From Patescibacteria group bacterium (GTDB lineage: Bacteria > Patescibacteriota > Patescibacteriia > UBA11705 > DATKZF01), in NCBI GenBank assembly GCA_049319825.1, contig JBMORT010000002.1, positions 15,550 through 79,549 on the forward strand: a stretch of 64,000 nucleotides of DNA, in the 5' to 3' direction. The notes under the pieces were generated by a model, which made no database searches, was not told the origin of the DNA, and saw nothing but the letters and a program-made list of their open reading frames with translations. A program made the translations under genes and the position numbers. Position 1 is the stretch's first letter; each line of letters starts with the position of its first letter. Below, one piece after another: positions 29,129 through 38,972 of the stretch.

Positions 29129-29302
29129 TTTTTTAAAAACGGACCATTTGATAAACAATCAATACCGCGAGCCTGTCGCGGTATTTTTAATACATAAAAA
29201 ATGTTATAATAAATATGACAATATTTTCAACCTTATTGCAAGGTTGAGTTTGCATTATAAAATATATAAATGCCGCCAAACTAAAAAATTAATTTCGATC
29301 TT

Positions 29303-32300
29303 ATGATAAAAATAAAAATCTTCATATCAATCCTGGCAATATTTCTATTGTCGGCCTTAGGTTTTTCCAACAGCATTCCCGTCGCCTCGGCAATATCCGG
29401 CACCAATGTCCAGCCAGGCAATCTGGTGCAGTCGAATGTCACCTCGGTAACAGTGACTTTCACCAGCGCCGTCACCTTACCGGCTGATGGAAAAGTGAAA
29501 GTCGTTTTCCCTGCCGGCTTTAATGTCAGCGGCGCCACTACCGGCCGTTGCACCAGTATGAATGGCGGTTTCTCCACCTCTATATCCGCTCAAACCGTTA
29601 CGATTACGCGTGACAACACCGGCTCTGCCAGACTGGCCGGGGCCCAATCTTGTACTATTGATAATATCGCCAACCCTTCACTGGCCGGCTCCACCGGAAC
29701 GTACGCCATCGGTCTTTATCAAAATAACGATACTTTGCTCGAGCAAGACTTGGCCGTATCTGCGGATACGATAATCGCTCCGGGCGCTTTGGCTGCCACT
29801 AATGTCGAACCTGAAAATCTGATTGAACTGACTCGATCACGATACGCCGTTTCTTTCACTACCGCGAACCCTGTCACCGCCGACGGCCAGATTAGCGTGA
29901 CTTTCCCTGCGGGATTCAATGTTTCAGCGGCGAACGGAGGTACTTGCGCTTCAATGAACGGCGGTTTTTCCACTTCGGTCAACGGCCAGACCGTCACTTT
30001 GATCCGAGACGGCTTGGGCACGGTTCAAACACCGGCGGCAGAAACATGCGTCATCGATGGCATTGCCGCCCCGGCCGCCGGATTGTCCGGCACATACACT
30101 ATCAGAACGAAAGATCGATCCGGCAACAGTACCGATAGCGATCCGGCGGTGTCGAGCGACATGTATATTGCCGCGCCGGCCTTGGTCGTCACCAATGTCC
30201 AGCCGGCCTCCCTTGTCGCCGGCGCCACGTCGACAGTCACGATTTCCTTCACGACAGTAGTTTCCACTCCGATCAGCGCCAAGGTGCGAGTGACATTTCC
30301 GGCAGGTTTCGACCTCTCTGCCGCGGGTACGGCGAGCTGCTCTTCCATGCCCGGCACAGAATCTTCGGCCATTGCCGGACAAGTGTTGACGATTACCAGG
30401 GCGGCCACCGCCACCGAACCAGCCGCCGCGGAAACTTGCATCATACCCACCGTTAAAAACCCTCCTGTTTCCGGATCAACCGGGACATATTCCATTGAAA
30501 TAATAGACGATCAAGCTTCGCCGGCTGTCGTTTCCTCGGATACGGCCGTTTCCGCCGACACGATCACTCCCGGCACACTGACCGCCACCAATGTCCAGCC
30601 TGAAAATCTGGTGGTCGGCATCACCAGCGAACAAACTGTCACTTTTAACACGACCAATCCGATTCCGGCCAATGGGAAAATTTCAGTGGATTTTCCGGCA
30701 GGATTTAATGTCAGCGCCGCCAATGCTGGCACGTGCGCGGTCATGGACGGAACTTTTTCTACTTCTGTTGCCGGTCAAACCGTGACCATCAGCAGAAACG
30801 GCTCACTCGCGGTATCTTCGACCAGCGCCATTACCTGCATCATCAAAGACATTACGGCTCCGGCAGTTCCCGGAGCGGGCGGCGTCTATGCGATCAGAAC
30901 CGAAGACTCTCTGGGAAACACCATTGATTCGGCCGCGCCGACCAGCGATACTTTTATTGCCAGTCCGTCATTGGGTGGCACAAACGTACAACCAACGAGT
31001 CTCGTTGCTTCCATCACCAGTGACAATGCGATTTCATTCAACACCTCTCAATATATTCCGGCAGAGGGCAAAATAAAAATAACCTTTGGGGCCGGGTTTA
31101 ATGTTTCCGGCGCTTATGGCGGTGAATGCAGCGGCTTCGATGGCACGCTCATCACTTCTGTCGCGGGGCAAACAGTTATTCTTTCTCGCGGAGGGACTTC
31201 AACTACCGTCGTCTCCGGTGCCAAAACATGTCGCCTTTATGGAATAAAAAATCAGTCGATAACTGGATCCACCGGCACTTATTCGATTTTTATCACTGAT
31301 AAAACGGATGCGACCGTTGCCTCAAATTCTTCAGTCGCTGCCGATACGATCATCAATTCCGGAACTTTGACCGCTGCCGATGTCCAGCCGGGATCTCTTG
31401 TCGCTGGGCATGTGGGAACTAATTTGATAACTTTTTCCGCGGTTGGTGGCATTCCGACCGGCGGGAAAATAAAAATCACTTTCCCGTCCGGCTTCGATGT
31501 CAGCGCCGCCGCTGACAGCTCCTGCGTCGGGCTGACGGGAACCGTCTCGACCAGCGTGTCGGGGCAAACCGTAACGCTCAGCCGAGACGCGTCGAGTGCC
31601 GGACAAGCCAGCGGCACCGTGTCTTGCTCTATCGACAATATTAAAAATCCCACCGTATCCGGATCCACCGGAACATATCTGATCACAACCGCCGATCCGA
31701 CTGACACGACTATTTCCACCGCCTCACCGACCGCGGACACCATCACCGCTGGTGCGCTTAGCTCGGCGGATGTCCAGCCGGATACGACGCTGATATCAGC
31801 CGCCAATACCGTTTCGGTCAATTTTAACGGCACCAATCCGTTGCCCGGAGACGGTAAAATCGTCATCGTCTTTCCCGCCGGGTATGATCTGACGGGAGTC
31901 GGCACCGCCGATATGTCTTGCACCGGCTTAGCCGGCACTCTCAGCGCATCGACAGCCGGCAATACCCTCACCGCGGCACGATCCGGCGGTTCGGCGACAA
32001 GCGGCGGCGATGCTTTTTCCTGTGCCATAGCCAATATCATCAATCCGACAACGGCCGGATCTGCCGGCACATATACGCTGCGTACCACCAATTCTGTCGA
32101 TGCGATAATCGATGAAAATAGTTCTGTTGCCGCCGATACTTTCGGCGCGGCCGGAACGCTGACCAATACCAATGTCGAGCCGGAAAGCACAATCATTAAA
32201 CGAACGGGAACCGCGACAATTTCCTTTACCTCTGCTTTGGGTTTGCCGCGAGACGGTAAAATAAGAATTACTTTTCCGGCCGGATTCCTGATCACCGGCG

Positions 32301-33460
32301 CCAATGGCGCCGGTTGTGGAAACATGGACGGATCATTTGCCACATCGGTCTCCGGACAAAGCGTAACCATCACCAGAAGCGGCGGCACCGGTGAACCGGC
32401 CGGGACCAGCCATTGCCAAATAGCAGGAGTCAGAAATCCTTCAATCATCGGATCCGGGGGCACGTATTCCATTGAGTTGTTCACCGCCAGTGATCAACCC
32501 ATCGAATCCGATTTGGCGGTGGCTGCTGATAATTTTGTGCCGGCCAGCTCGGGTGGCGGCGGCGGCGGTGGCGGTAATGCAAAAAATAATGGCGATCAAA
32601 TCGTTTTGGAAAAAATTCTCACGGAAAGGCAAGAAAGGGTTTCGAGACTGCCGGCGCCGGTTCACAGTTTGGTCAAATTACCAAGCGATAATGATCCAAC
32701 GACTCAATACGATACCACCGTTTACTATTTGGGCGCGGACGGTTATCGCCACGCGTTTCCGAATGATCGCGTCTTTTTCAGCTGGTTTTGCGATTTTTCA
32801 TCGGTAATAACCATCAGCGCGCAGCAACTGGCTTCGATTCCGCTAGCCGAAAATATCACCTATCGGCCCGGTTATAAAATGATAAAATTCACTTCGATTC
32901 CTAAAGTCTATGCCGTTGATTTAAACGGTCAGCTTCGCTGGTTAACCACGGAAGCCCTGGCCTCAACTCTTTACGGAGACGATTGGACCAAACAAGTCGA
33001 TGATGTTTCAGACGCATTCTTTTATAATTATTATTTTGGAAACGATATTGCCTCGATTGACGATTTCAATCCCGGCGCGATATCGCAATCTTTTAAATAT
33101 CCCAGCGATAATTTAAATCTGCCAGGATATTCCTCGGAGACACTCGGGCATCCTTTCCTGTGTGAACCGTCAAAGACGGCAAAAAAAAATCCGTATATCT
33201 TTCAGGAAGATTGGCGTTTTTTGAAAAATATATCAACCGGATCGACAGCTGATCCTGATGTCAAGCATCTCCAAGACTTCTTAAGAGCTCAAGGCAAAGA
33301 TATTTATCCAGAAGGTTTGGTCACCGGTTATTTCGGACCGGCCACGTCAGCGGCGGTAAAAAAATTTCAATCAGCCAATAAAATTAAGCAGACCGGGATT
33401 TGCGACGATTTGACCAAAAAAATCATCAATGATATTTTAGACAGCCAGCTTGGACAATAA
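29303..33460 (+). CDS. giant cell-surface protein: 8 tandem ~128-aa Ig-like repeats, poly-Gly linker, C-terminal domain with peptidoglycan-binding (PG_binding_1-like) module
   Basis: Signal peptide. Eight repeats each begin TNVQP/TNVEP and contain VTFxT..P..GKIxVxFPAGFNVS...TC.I..I.NP...GSTGTY. A GGGGGGGG linker follows. The C-terminal motif DVKHLQDFLRAQGKDIYPEGLVTGYFGPATSAAVKKFQ is typical of PG-binding domains. The region is GC-enriched, so the long minus-strand ORF 31279..32484 is a shadow. Confidence 0.8.
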   Translation: MIKIKIFISILAIFLLSALGFSNSIPVASAISGTNVQPGNLVQSNVTSVTVTFTSAVTLPADGKVKVVFPAGFNVSGATTGRCTSMNGGFSTSISAQTVTITRDNTGSARLAGAQSCTIDNIANPSLAGSTGTYAIGLYQNNDTLLEQDLAVSADTIIAPGALAATNVEPENLIELTRSRYAVSFTTANPVTADGQISVTFPAGFNVSAANGGTCASMNGGFSTSVNGQTVTLIRDGLGTVQTPAAETCVIDGIAAPAAGLSGTYTIRTKDRSGNSTDSDPAVSSDMYIAAPALVVTNVQPASLVAGATSTVTISFTTVVSTPISAKVRVTFPAGFDLSAAGTASCSSMPGTESSAIAGQVLTITRAATATEPAAAETCIIPTVKNPPVSGSTGTYSIEIIDDQASPAVVSSDTAVSADTITPGTLTATNVQPENLVVGITSEQTVTFNTTNPIPANGKISVDFPAGFNVSAANAGTCAVMDGTFSTSVAGQTVTISRNGSLAVSSTSAITCIIKDITAPAVPGAGGVYAIRTEDSLGNTIDSAAPTSDTFIASPSLGGTNVQPTSLVASITSDNAISFNTSQYIPAEGKIKITFGAGFNVSGAYGGECSGFDGTLITSVAGQTVILSRGGTSTTVVSGAKTCRLYGIKNQSITGSTGTYSIFITDKTDATVASNSSVAADTIINSGTLTAADVQPGSLVAGHVGTNLITFSAVGGIPTGGKIKITFPSGFDVSAAADSSCVGLTGTVSTSVSGQTVTLSRDASSAGQASGTVSCSIDNIKNPTVSGSTGTYLITTADPTDTTISTASPTADTITAGALSSADVQPDTTLISAANTVSVNFNGTNPLPGDGKIVIVFPAGYDLTGVGTADMSCTGLAGTLSASTAGNTLTAARSGGSATSGGDAFSCAIANIINPTTAGSAGTYTLRTTNSVDAIIDENSSVAADTFGAAGTLTNTNVEPESTIIKRTGTATISFTSALGLPRDGKIRITFPAGFLITGANGAGCGNMDGSFATSVSGQSVTITRSGGTGEPAGTSHCQIAGVRNPSIIGSGGTYSIELFTASDQPIESDLAVAADNFVPASSGGGGGGGGNAKNNGDQIVLEKILTERQERVSRLPAPVHSLVKLPSDNDPTTQYDTTVYYLGADGYRHAFPNDRVFFSWFCDFSSVITISAQQLASIPLAENITYRPGYKMIKFTSIPKVYAVDLNGQLRWLTTEALASTLYGDDWTKQVDDVSDAFFYNYYFGNDIASIDDFNPGAISQSFKYPSDNLNLPGYSSETLGHPFLCEPSKTAKKNPYIFQEDWRFLKNISTGSTADPDVKHLQDFLRAQGKDIYPEGLVTGYFGPATSAAVKKFQSANKIKQTGICDDLTKKIINDILDSQLGQ

Positions 33461-33473
33461 ATTATCTGAATAA

Positions 33474-33501
33474 AAACCGCGAATTAATTGCGGTTTTTTT
33501 A
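33474..33501 (+). terminator. rho-independent terminator
   Basis: aaaaACCGCgaattaattGCGGTttttttatt. Confidence 0.6.
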
Positions 33502-33559
33502 TTATATTAATTGTCATAATAAAATAAAGATGATAAGCTTCTCTTATATTTATCAAGCT

Positions 33560-34744
33560 ATGAATCAAATTGAAAAGCTGACAATTTTTAATAAGCGCGT
33601 CGGGCCCATTTTAGGCCGGCACCCGTGGGTATTCTCTCGCGCCATTATAAAAATTCCCGAAGGCCTGGAAAGCGGAATGCCGGTTTTGCTTTACGGCGAG
33701 CAAAATAATTTTTTAGCGCAGGGATATTTCAATTCATATTCGCAAATCGCTGTCAGAATTTGGGGCTATGACGAAAAGGAAAAAGTGGATGATGAATTTT
33801 TTGAAAAAAGAATCAGCCAGGCTCTGGCAATCAGGAAAAATTTCATTGACAATAAAAAAACCAATGCCTACCGCGTCATCAATAGCGAAAACGATTTTTT
33901 GCCCGGCCTGATCGCGGATAAATACGGCGATTACCTTGTCCTGCAGTTTCACACCAAAGGCATTGAAGCCTGGAAAGATCAAATTATCTGCGCATTTAAA
34001 AAAATCCTTAAGCCAAAAGGAATTTATGAGCGCTCTGACATCCGCGTCAGAGATATTGAGGAAGCGGATAAAAAAACCGGGTTGCTTTGCGGCAAAGTGC
34101 CGGAAAAAATCAAAATTTCAGAAAACGGATTTAAATTTTGGGTCAATGTCATCAGCGGCCAAAAGACCGGCTTTTTCCTCGACCAAAGAGACAAGCGAGC
34201 CGCGCTGATGAAGTATTGCCGGGGCAAAACGGTTTTAAATTGCTTTTCCTACACCGGCGGATTCTCAGTTTACGCGCTGGCCGCTGGCGCGAAAAAGGTG
34301 GTCAGTCTCGATTCTTCCCGGCCCGCGCTCGAGGTGGCCAAAGAAAATATTGAGCTCAATAAGCTTGACCTGAAAAAATGCGAATTCATCTGCGATGATG
34401 CGAAAAAATATTTGCGGGAGACCAGGGAAAAATTCGATGTCATCGTCCTCGACCCGCCGGCATTTGTTAAAGACAGAAAAAAACTGAAAGAAGGAATCGC
34501 CGGCTATAAAAATATCAATGAAGCGGCGATGCGGCTGCTCGGGCCTGGCGGAATACTGGCCACCTGCTCTTGTTCAGCTCATCTTTCCTTGCGTGACTTT
34601 AGATTCGCCTTGACTGAAGCAGCTGGCCGGTCAAAAAAGTCTGTTCAAATTTTGGAAACATATACTCATGGCATTGATCATGTGCAGCTCTGCTCCTTTT
34701 CCGAAAGCGAATACTTAAAATGCGTTTTCGCCATAATTATTTAA
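33560..34744 (+). CDS. rlmI: class I SAM-dependent rRNA methyltransferase (RlmI/RlmK-like, PUA + MTase)
   Basis: GRHPWVF N-terminus, FLDQRDKRAAL, VLNCFSYTGGFSVYA and VIVLDPPAF are RlmI-family motifs. The track ORF begins at TTG 33488; the chosen ATG is at 33560. Confidence 0.8.
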   Translation: MNQIEKLTIFNKRVGPILGRHPWVFSRAIIKIPEGLESGMPVLLYGEQNNFLAQGYFNSYSQIAVRIWGYDEKEKVDDEFFEKRISQALAIRKNFIDNKKTNAYRVINSENDFLPGLIADKYGDYLVLQFHTKGIEAWKDQIICAFKKILKPKGIYERSDIRVRDIEEADKKTGLLCGKVPEKIKISENGFKFWVNVISGQKTGFFLDQRDKRAALMKYCRGKTVLNCFSYTGGFSVYALAAGAKKVVSLDSSRPALEVAKENIELNKLDLKKCEFICDDAKKYLRETREKFDVIVLDPPAFVKDRKKLKEGIAGYKNINEAAMRLLGPGGILATCSCSAHLSLRDFRFALTEAAGRSKKSVQILETYTHGIDHVQLCSFSESEYLKCVFAIII

Positions 34745-34771
34745 TGGCGACTCTTAACCAATCAATAAAAC

Positions 34772-34806
34772 CCCGGCAACGCGAATTGCCGGGATTATTG
34801 TTTTTG
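34772..34806. terminator. bidirectional rho-independent terminator
   Basis: aaaaCCCCGGCAacgcgaaTTGCCGGGattattgttttt, between convergent genes. Confidence 0.6.
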
Positions 34807-34821
34807 AAAGTAAAAAATTTT

Positions 34822-35166
34822 TTAGGCCGCCTTAGCCATGGATTCGCTGAGCACTTCCACGATATCAATATTATTTTTTTTCATGTCTTCGGTTACGGTC
34901 GGCAATATTTTTTTAAATACTAAGCTGTCTACTTCTGGATTTATAACTAATGAATACTTTTTGCTTCCAAACGATGGCACAAGCATGCCGAGGCTTACCT
35001 CACCGAATGTTTCTTTTTGACTATGATAACCAATTAGAAGCTGATCGTCTTTTATCTCCCAGTAATTGAATTTTTCTGCCAGGGTCCTTTTGGGAATGAC
35101 TATCTCTTTGAATTTATGAATTCGCATCTCAAAGGGCAGTGGGCGTTTTTCGGGATTAGATTCCAT
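34822..35166 (-). CDS. hypothetical protein
   Basis: 114-aa ORF with native-like composition. No recognisable motif. Confidence 0.45.
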   Translation of the reverse strand: MESNPEKRPLPFEMRIHKFKEIVIPKRTLAEKFNYWEIKDDQLLIGYHSQKETFGEVSLGMLVPSFGSKKYSLVINPEVDSLVFKKILPTVTEDMKKNNIDIVEVLSESMAKAA

Positions 35167-35177
35167 AAAATTTCTTA

Positions 35178-36716
35178 TTATTTATCAATCCACTGCTTAT
35201 CATACCATTTTTTATTTTTGAAATCAAATTCGCTGATTTTCCATTTTTGACTAATAATCATCCCCACCACCATCCACCAAAAAACCGAAAGGTCATTCTT
35301 AAAATACGGCACGTCAACCAAACCATGAATCAAAATAACCAATATTACCATTATAATAATAAAATAATCCGTTCCACTGCCTGCTGCCTGCTGCCTTTTG
35401 CCTTCATAATAACCGGTTTTAGCTTGTAGCTTGTAGCTTGTGTCTTGTAACTCTGTACCACTACTGCCTACTGCCTTCTGCCTATTGCCTTTTCCGTCTT
35501 TCATTTTCCAATAATCAATAACAACCCTACCAATAATAATCCACCATACCACCAATCCAAGCAAACCGAGCTCCGACCAAAAATTCAAAAATATATTATG
35601 CGGGTAAAGATAAATTTCAATGTAAGACTTGGTGTGAAAAGGCTCCACTCTTTGCTGATACCCGGCCAGGCCCGCGCCTTCGATCGGCCGCTCAGTGAGC
35701 ATGTCCCAGGTTTCCGACCACATCTCTCGCCTGATTTGTCCTGAAGTGTCGCGAAGCAAAAGTTTATCAGTTAAAACATTGCCGCTGGCCGGCATGGCAA
35801 GGATTAAAATGATTCCAATGGCAATGGCAGCCACTGCAAACCAGCGAATTTTTTTATTTTTCAAAAAAATTATGGCAGCGACAACAGCCATGGCCACTAT
35901 CGCGCCCTCAGTTTTCGCCCAGAATATTGCCAAGCTTGATAAAATGATTACCACTGCGTAAAAAATTCGCAGCAGCCATAAATCAAGAGGTTTTGGCGGA
36001 ACTCCGGTTCCGCCACTATTTTCGGACCACTTTAAAACCAGCTCGCCCAAATACCAAATCACCATCGGCGCCAAGAAAAGTCCTATCGCATTGGGATAGC
36101 CGTAAACCGAGGTGACGCGCCTGGTTTCCTCAGCTCGCCAAAACTCATTGGGAATCCAGCTGCCGGTAAACTTTTGGTAAATGGCTACCAAAGAAATCAA
36201 AACGGCGCTGGCGCCAAAGGCGTAAAACAATTTTTTAAAATCTTTTCGCTCTTTAAAAGTATTAAGCAGGACAATCAGCAAAAGTATCGGCTCAATAAAA
36301 TACGCTTTCCAAATTCCCAAGGCTGCAATTCTATCAGGTGACACAATGACGCCAATAGTCGCAGCAACTAAAAACAACAAAATTAGCCACTGATATTTTC
36401 CCAAAGGTTTCGACCACCCCCCCGGCCCCCCTCCTTCAAGGAGGGGGGTGGTGTGCGCTGGCGCGCGGCCAGCCTCATCGCCTCGCTGGCGCTCGGCTCT
36501 TCGGCCTTTTTTATATGAAGCAAGATATTTAATCAGCCAAACAATAAAAACAACCAAAATCATTACTTCAAGCACAGTCATTGGCACAAAGCCGATTTTA
36601 AACCTCAGAAGATAACTGGGCAGGCCGAAGGCGATTAAAATAATGGCCCAGTCGAGTTTTTTCCAGGACAGTATCGCGAATAGAATTGTGAAAATAATTA
36701 TTGCGATGCTAACCAT
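35178..36716 (-). CDS. O-antigen ligase/polymerase-like (Wzy_C) membrane protein with internal low-complexity insertions
   Basis: Multiple TM helices and GYPHNIFLNFWSELGLLGL (Wzy_C-type motif). The ORF reads through a GC-rich palindrome (36425..36455) and simple-sequence repeats (35380..35470) in frame. Confidence 0.65.
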   Translation of the reverse strand: MVSIAIIIFTILFAILSWKKLDWAIILIAFGLPSYLLRFKIGFVPMTVLEVMILVVFIVWLIKYLASYKKGRRAERQRGDEAGRAPAHTTPLLEGGGPGGWSKPLGKYQWLILLFLVAATIGVIVSPDRIAALGIWKAYFIEPILLLIVLLNTFKERKDFKKLFYAFGASAVLISLVAIYQKFTGSWIPNEFWRAEETRRVTSVYGYPNAIGLFLAPMVIWYLGELVLKWSENSGGTGVPPKPLDLWLLRIFYAVVIILSSLAIFWAKTEGAIVAMAVVAAIIFLKNKKIRWFAVAAIAIGIILILAMPASGNVLTDKLLLRDTSGQIRREMWSETWDMLTERPIEGAGLAGYQQRVEPFHTKSYIEIYLYPHNIFLNFWSELGLLGLVVWWIIIGRVVIDYWKMKDGKGNRQKAVGSSGTELQDTSYKLQAKTGYYEGKRQQAAGSGTDYFIIIMVILVILIHGLVDVPYFKNDLSVFWWMVVGMIISQKWKISEFDFKNKKWYDKQWIDK

Positions 36717-36739
36717 ATAATATTTGCGTTGTTTCTAAT

Positions 36740-36960
36740 CTTCAAATCGGCTCAGGCCGAGGCCGAGCCGCGCGAGGCCCCCGTTCGGTCATTTCGACCC
36801 TTCGGCTACGCTCAGGGCAGGCTGAGGCCGAGCTGTGCGAGCGGAATGGAGAAATCCCTTCCGGATTTCCAAAAGCGATTTCTCCACGCGGGCATTCGTT
36901 CCTCTCATGCCCTTGGTCGAAATGACCGGTTGGGTTGACGGGCATCCTTTCTGCCCGCGT
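36740..36960. repeat. GC-rich intergenic element with nested inverted repeats
   Basis: GGTCATTTCGACC at 36789 pairs with GGTCGAAATGACC at 36916. An internal hairpin GGAGAAATC...GATTTCTCC lies between them. GC content is far above the flanking genes. Confidence 0.6.
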
Positions 36961-36984
36961 TAAAAAAGTTTATTATTTTAAAAA

Positions 36985-38319
36985 TTACTTGCTCTGCCGG
37001 CACATCTTCAAACATGCTATCGCCAGTCCCACTGTAATCCAAACATACGGCAAATAAATCACGGAAAAGGTATTATATTGAATCAAAATTCCCAAAATCA
37101 CCAGAAAAAAACCTTCGTATAATATTTTGAGCAGTTTATCCTCAGTGTGTTTCCATGACTTAAAAATCAAAAATAATAAATAGACAAAAAACGCGGCCAT
37201 TGCCAAAAACCCGAAAATTCCGGATTCAGCCAGTAATTCCAAATATAAATTATTCACGATTTTCCAATTCTCCCTGACCTCCCACTGCTTGAGCGGCGCC
37301 AGAACGCCGAAACTGCCCGGCCCATAGCCGAATAGCGGCTTTTCCTTAAACATCTGCCAGGCAAAGGCAAAAGTTTCCTTTCTTTCGGAAAAAGCCGAGC
37401 CCTCGAACGGGTGGGTCGCGTGATACACAAAATTGCCTATCGGACTTTGCGGCGCGGCAAAATAGAATAAAGAGCCGGCAATGACTATTAAAAGTAAAAC
37501 GCTGATTGCCGAGTAATAAAATTCTTTGGAAAACTTTTTAATGTTGGCAATAAAAAGAATCAGTAAAATTATTGCCAAAGCGATAAAGGCGCCGCGCGCG
37601 TTGGCCAGAATGAAATTAACGGAGCTCAGGGCCAAGGTCAGCCATAAAAAAACTTTTAGCTTTCGGCTCTTAATTTTGTTCATTAACAATAGTATGCAAA
37701 AAATTATGGGAAATATTAAAAAATTGGCAAAGTACAAAGGTTCGACGAAAAATCCCTGCACGCGCGTGAAGCCCAGGATGCTTTTCGTATATTTATCAGT
37801 CAATAAAGTCCAGCTGATGGGCGCGCCGGCCATATCAGCTATAAACTGATACAACCCGAAAACGCAAAAGGCCAAGCTGCCGGCCAGAAAAACTTTGACT
37901 GCTAAAGCCAGGTCTTTTGCCTTGTGGAAAAATTGTGGAATAAAAAATACTGAACCGACCACAAATAAAATATATATAAAAACACTGAACATTCGGTCAA
38001 AGGCCTCGGGTCTTAGAAATGAAAAGCCCAAAATTAAAAAATAAATCACGACTAATTTATATAAATTGGATATCTGGGAAAAATTCCGGGAAAAATTTTT
38101 CAGCTCAGCTGATACTTTCTTTTTTTCCGCCTTTATTTCAGTGAATTTTTCCCAGAGCCACACAAGTATTGAAATCAATAGAAATAAATGCGTCAGCCTC
38201 ACATTGGAATTGCCAAGCTTTAAAACGAGCACGCGCTCGAGGGGCAAGAAAAAAATGGCTAAGTACAAATAAGTCTTAGCGCTGCGCAGAGCTTGTATAA
38301 TGGTCTCAAAACGAATCAT
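36985..38319 (-). CDS. O-antigen ligase family membrane protein
   Basis: About 12 TM helices, a loop with FGYGPGSFGV and hydrophobic repeats typical of O-antigen ligase/polymerase. Confidence 0.6.
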   Translation of the reverse strand: MIRFETIIQALRSAKTYLYLAIFFLPLERVLVLKLGNSNVRLTHLFLLISILVWLWEKFTEIKAEKKKVSAELKNFSRNFSQISNLYKLVVIYFLILGFSFLRPEAFDRMFSVFIYILFVVGSVFFIPQFFHKAKDLALAVKVFLAGSLAFCVFGLYQFIADMAGAPISWTLLTDKYTKSILGFTRVQGFFVEPLYFANFLIFPIIFCILLLMNKIKSRKLKVFLWLTLALSSVNFILANARGAFIALAIILLILFIANIKKFSKEFYYSAISVLLLIVIAGSLFYFAAPQSPIGNFVYHATHPFEGSAFSERKETFAFAWQMFKEKPLFGYGPGSFGVLAPLKQWEVRENWKIVNNLYLELLAESGIFGFLAMAAFFVYLLFLIFKSWKHTEDKLLKILYEGFFLVILGILIQYNTFSVIYLPYVWITVGLAIACLKMCRQSK

Positions 38320-38365
38320 ATTTCAAATAGAAATAATTTCTTTCCATGACTTCATTCGAGAAATC

Positions 38366-38971
38366 TTACTGCTTGATAATTTTCTTGGTCAAAAAATCTT
38401 TTATCAGCAAGAACATTTTCTCGTGTCCAGCAGAATCGGGATGCAGGCCGTCAGGCAAATCCGCCTTGCTTAACGCATCTTTAATTTCCAAAAATGGGAT
38501 TTCTTTTTCCAGACAAACGTCTTTAATTACCTTGTCATATTTTTCAATCATTTCATTGGAATAATGAAAATCCCATTCGGCTGACATGGTTTTTGACTCA
38601 TCAACTTCGGTCAAACCGATAAAAATAATTTTTTCAGAAAACTTGCCTGCTTTTTTAATCAAATGAATGATGTTTTTCGTGAAATCTTGAAGCGGCATTT
38701 CCGGCTTATCTTTTGAATCGGAAAACCTGGCGTCATTGATGCCGATCGCGAAAATTATTATATCCGGTTTTCGAGCCTCTGCTTCATTATCAAATCGTGC
38801 TAATAAATCCTTTGTCGAATCCCCGCAAATTCCCAAATTATACAATTCATAGTCCAAACCTTTTTCCCAATTTTCCCAAAAAAAACTCTGCAGCCTGGCC
38901 GCCCAGCCGCCTTTCGGGTCATCCGCACCCCAAGCAATACTGTCTCCAAATACGCAAATTCTTTTTGACAT
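38366..38971 (-). CDS. SGNH/GDSL hydrolase family protein
   Basis: ICVFGDSIAWG (GDSxxxG block I) and downstream DGLHP (block V). Confidence 0.75.
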   Translation of the reverse strand: MSKRICVFGDSIAWGADDPKGGWAARLQSFFWENWEKGLDYELYNLGICGDSTKDLLARFDNEAEARKPDIIIFAIGINDARFSDSKDKPEMPLQDFTKNIIHLIKKAGKFSEKIIFIGLTEVDESKTMSAEWDFHYSNEMIEKYDKVIKDVCLEKEIPFLEIKDALSKADLPDGLHPDSAGHEKMFLLIKDFLTKKIIKQ

Positions 38972-38972
38972 A

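Noticed and set aside
31279-32484. 401-aa minus-strand ORF inside the giant repeat protein gene
   Set aside because: Shadow ORF created by GC-rich, repetitive codon usage of the plus-strand gene. Pro/Val/Ala-rich, no independent signals.
33488-33559. TTG-initiated N-terminal extension of the RlmI-like gene
   Set aside because: The extension (MRFFYYINCHNKIKMISFSYIYQA) is AT-rich filler. RlmI homology begins at the ATG at 33560.
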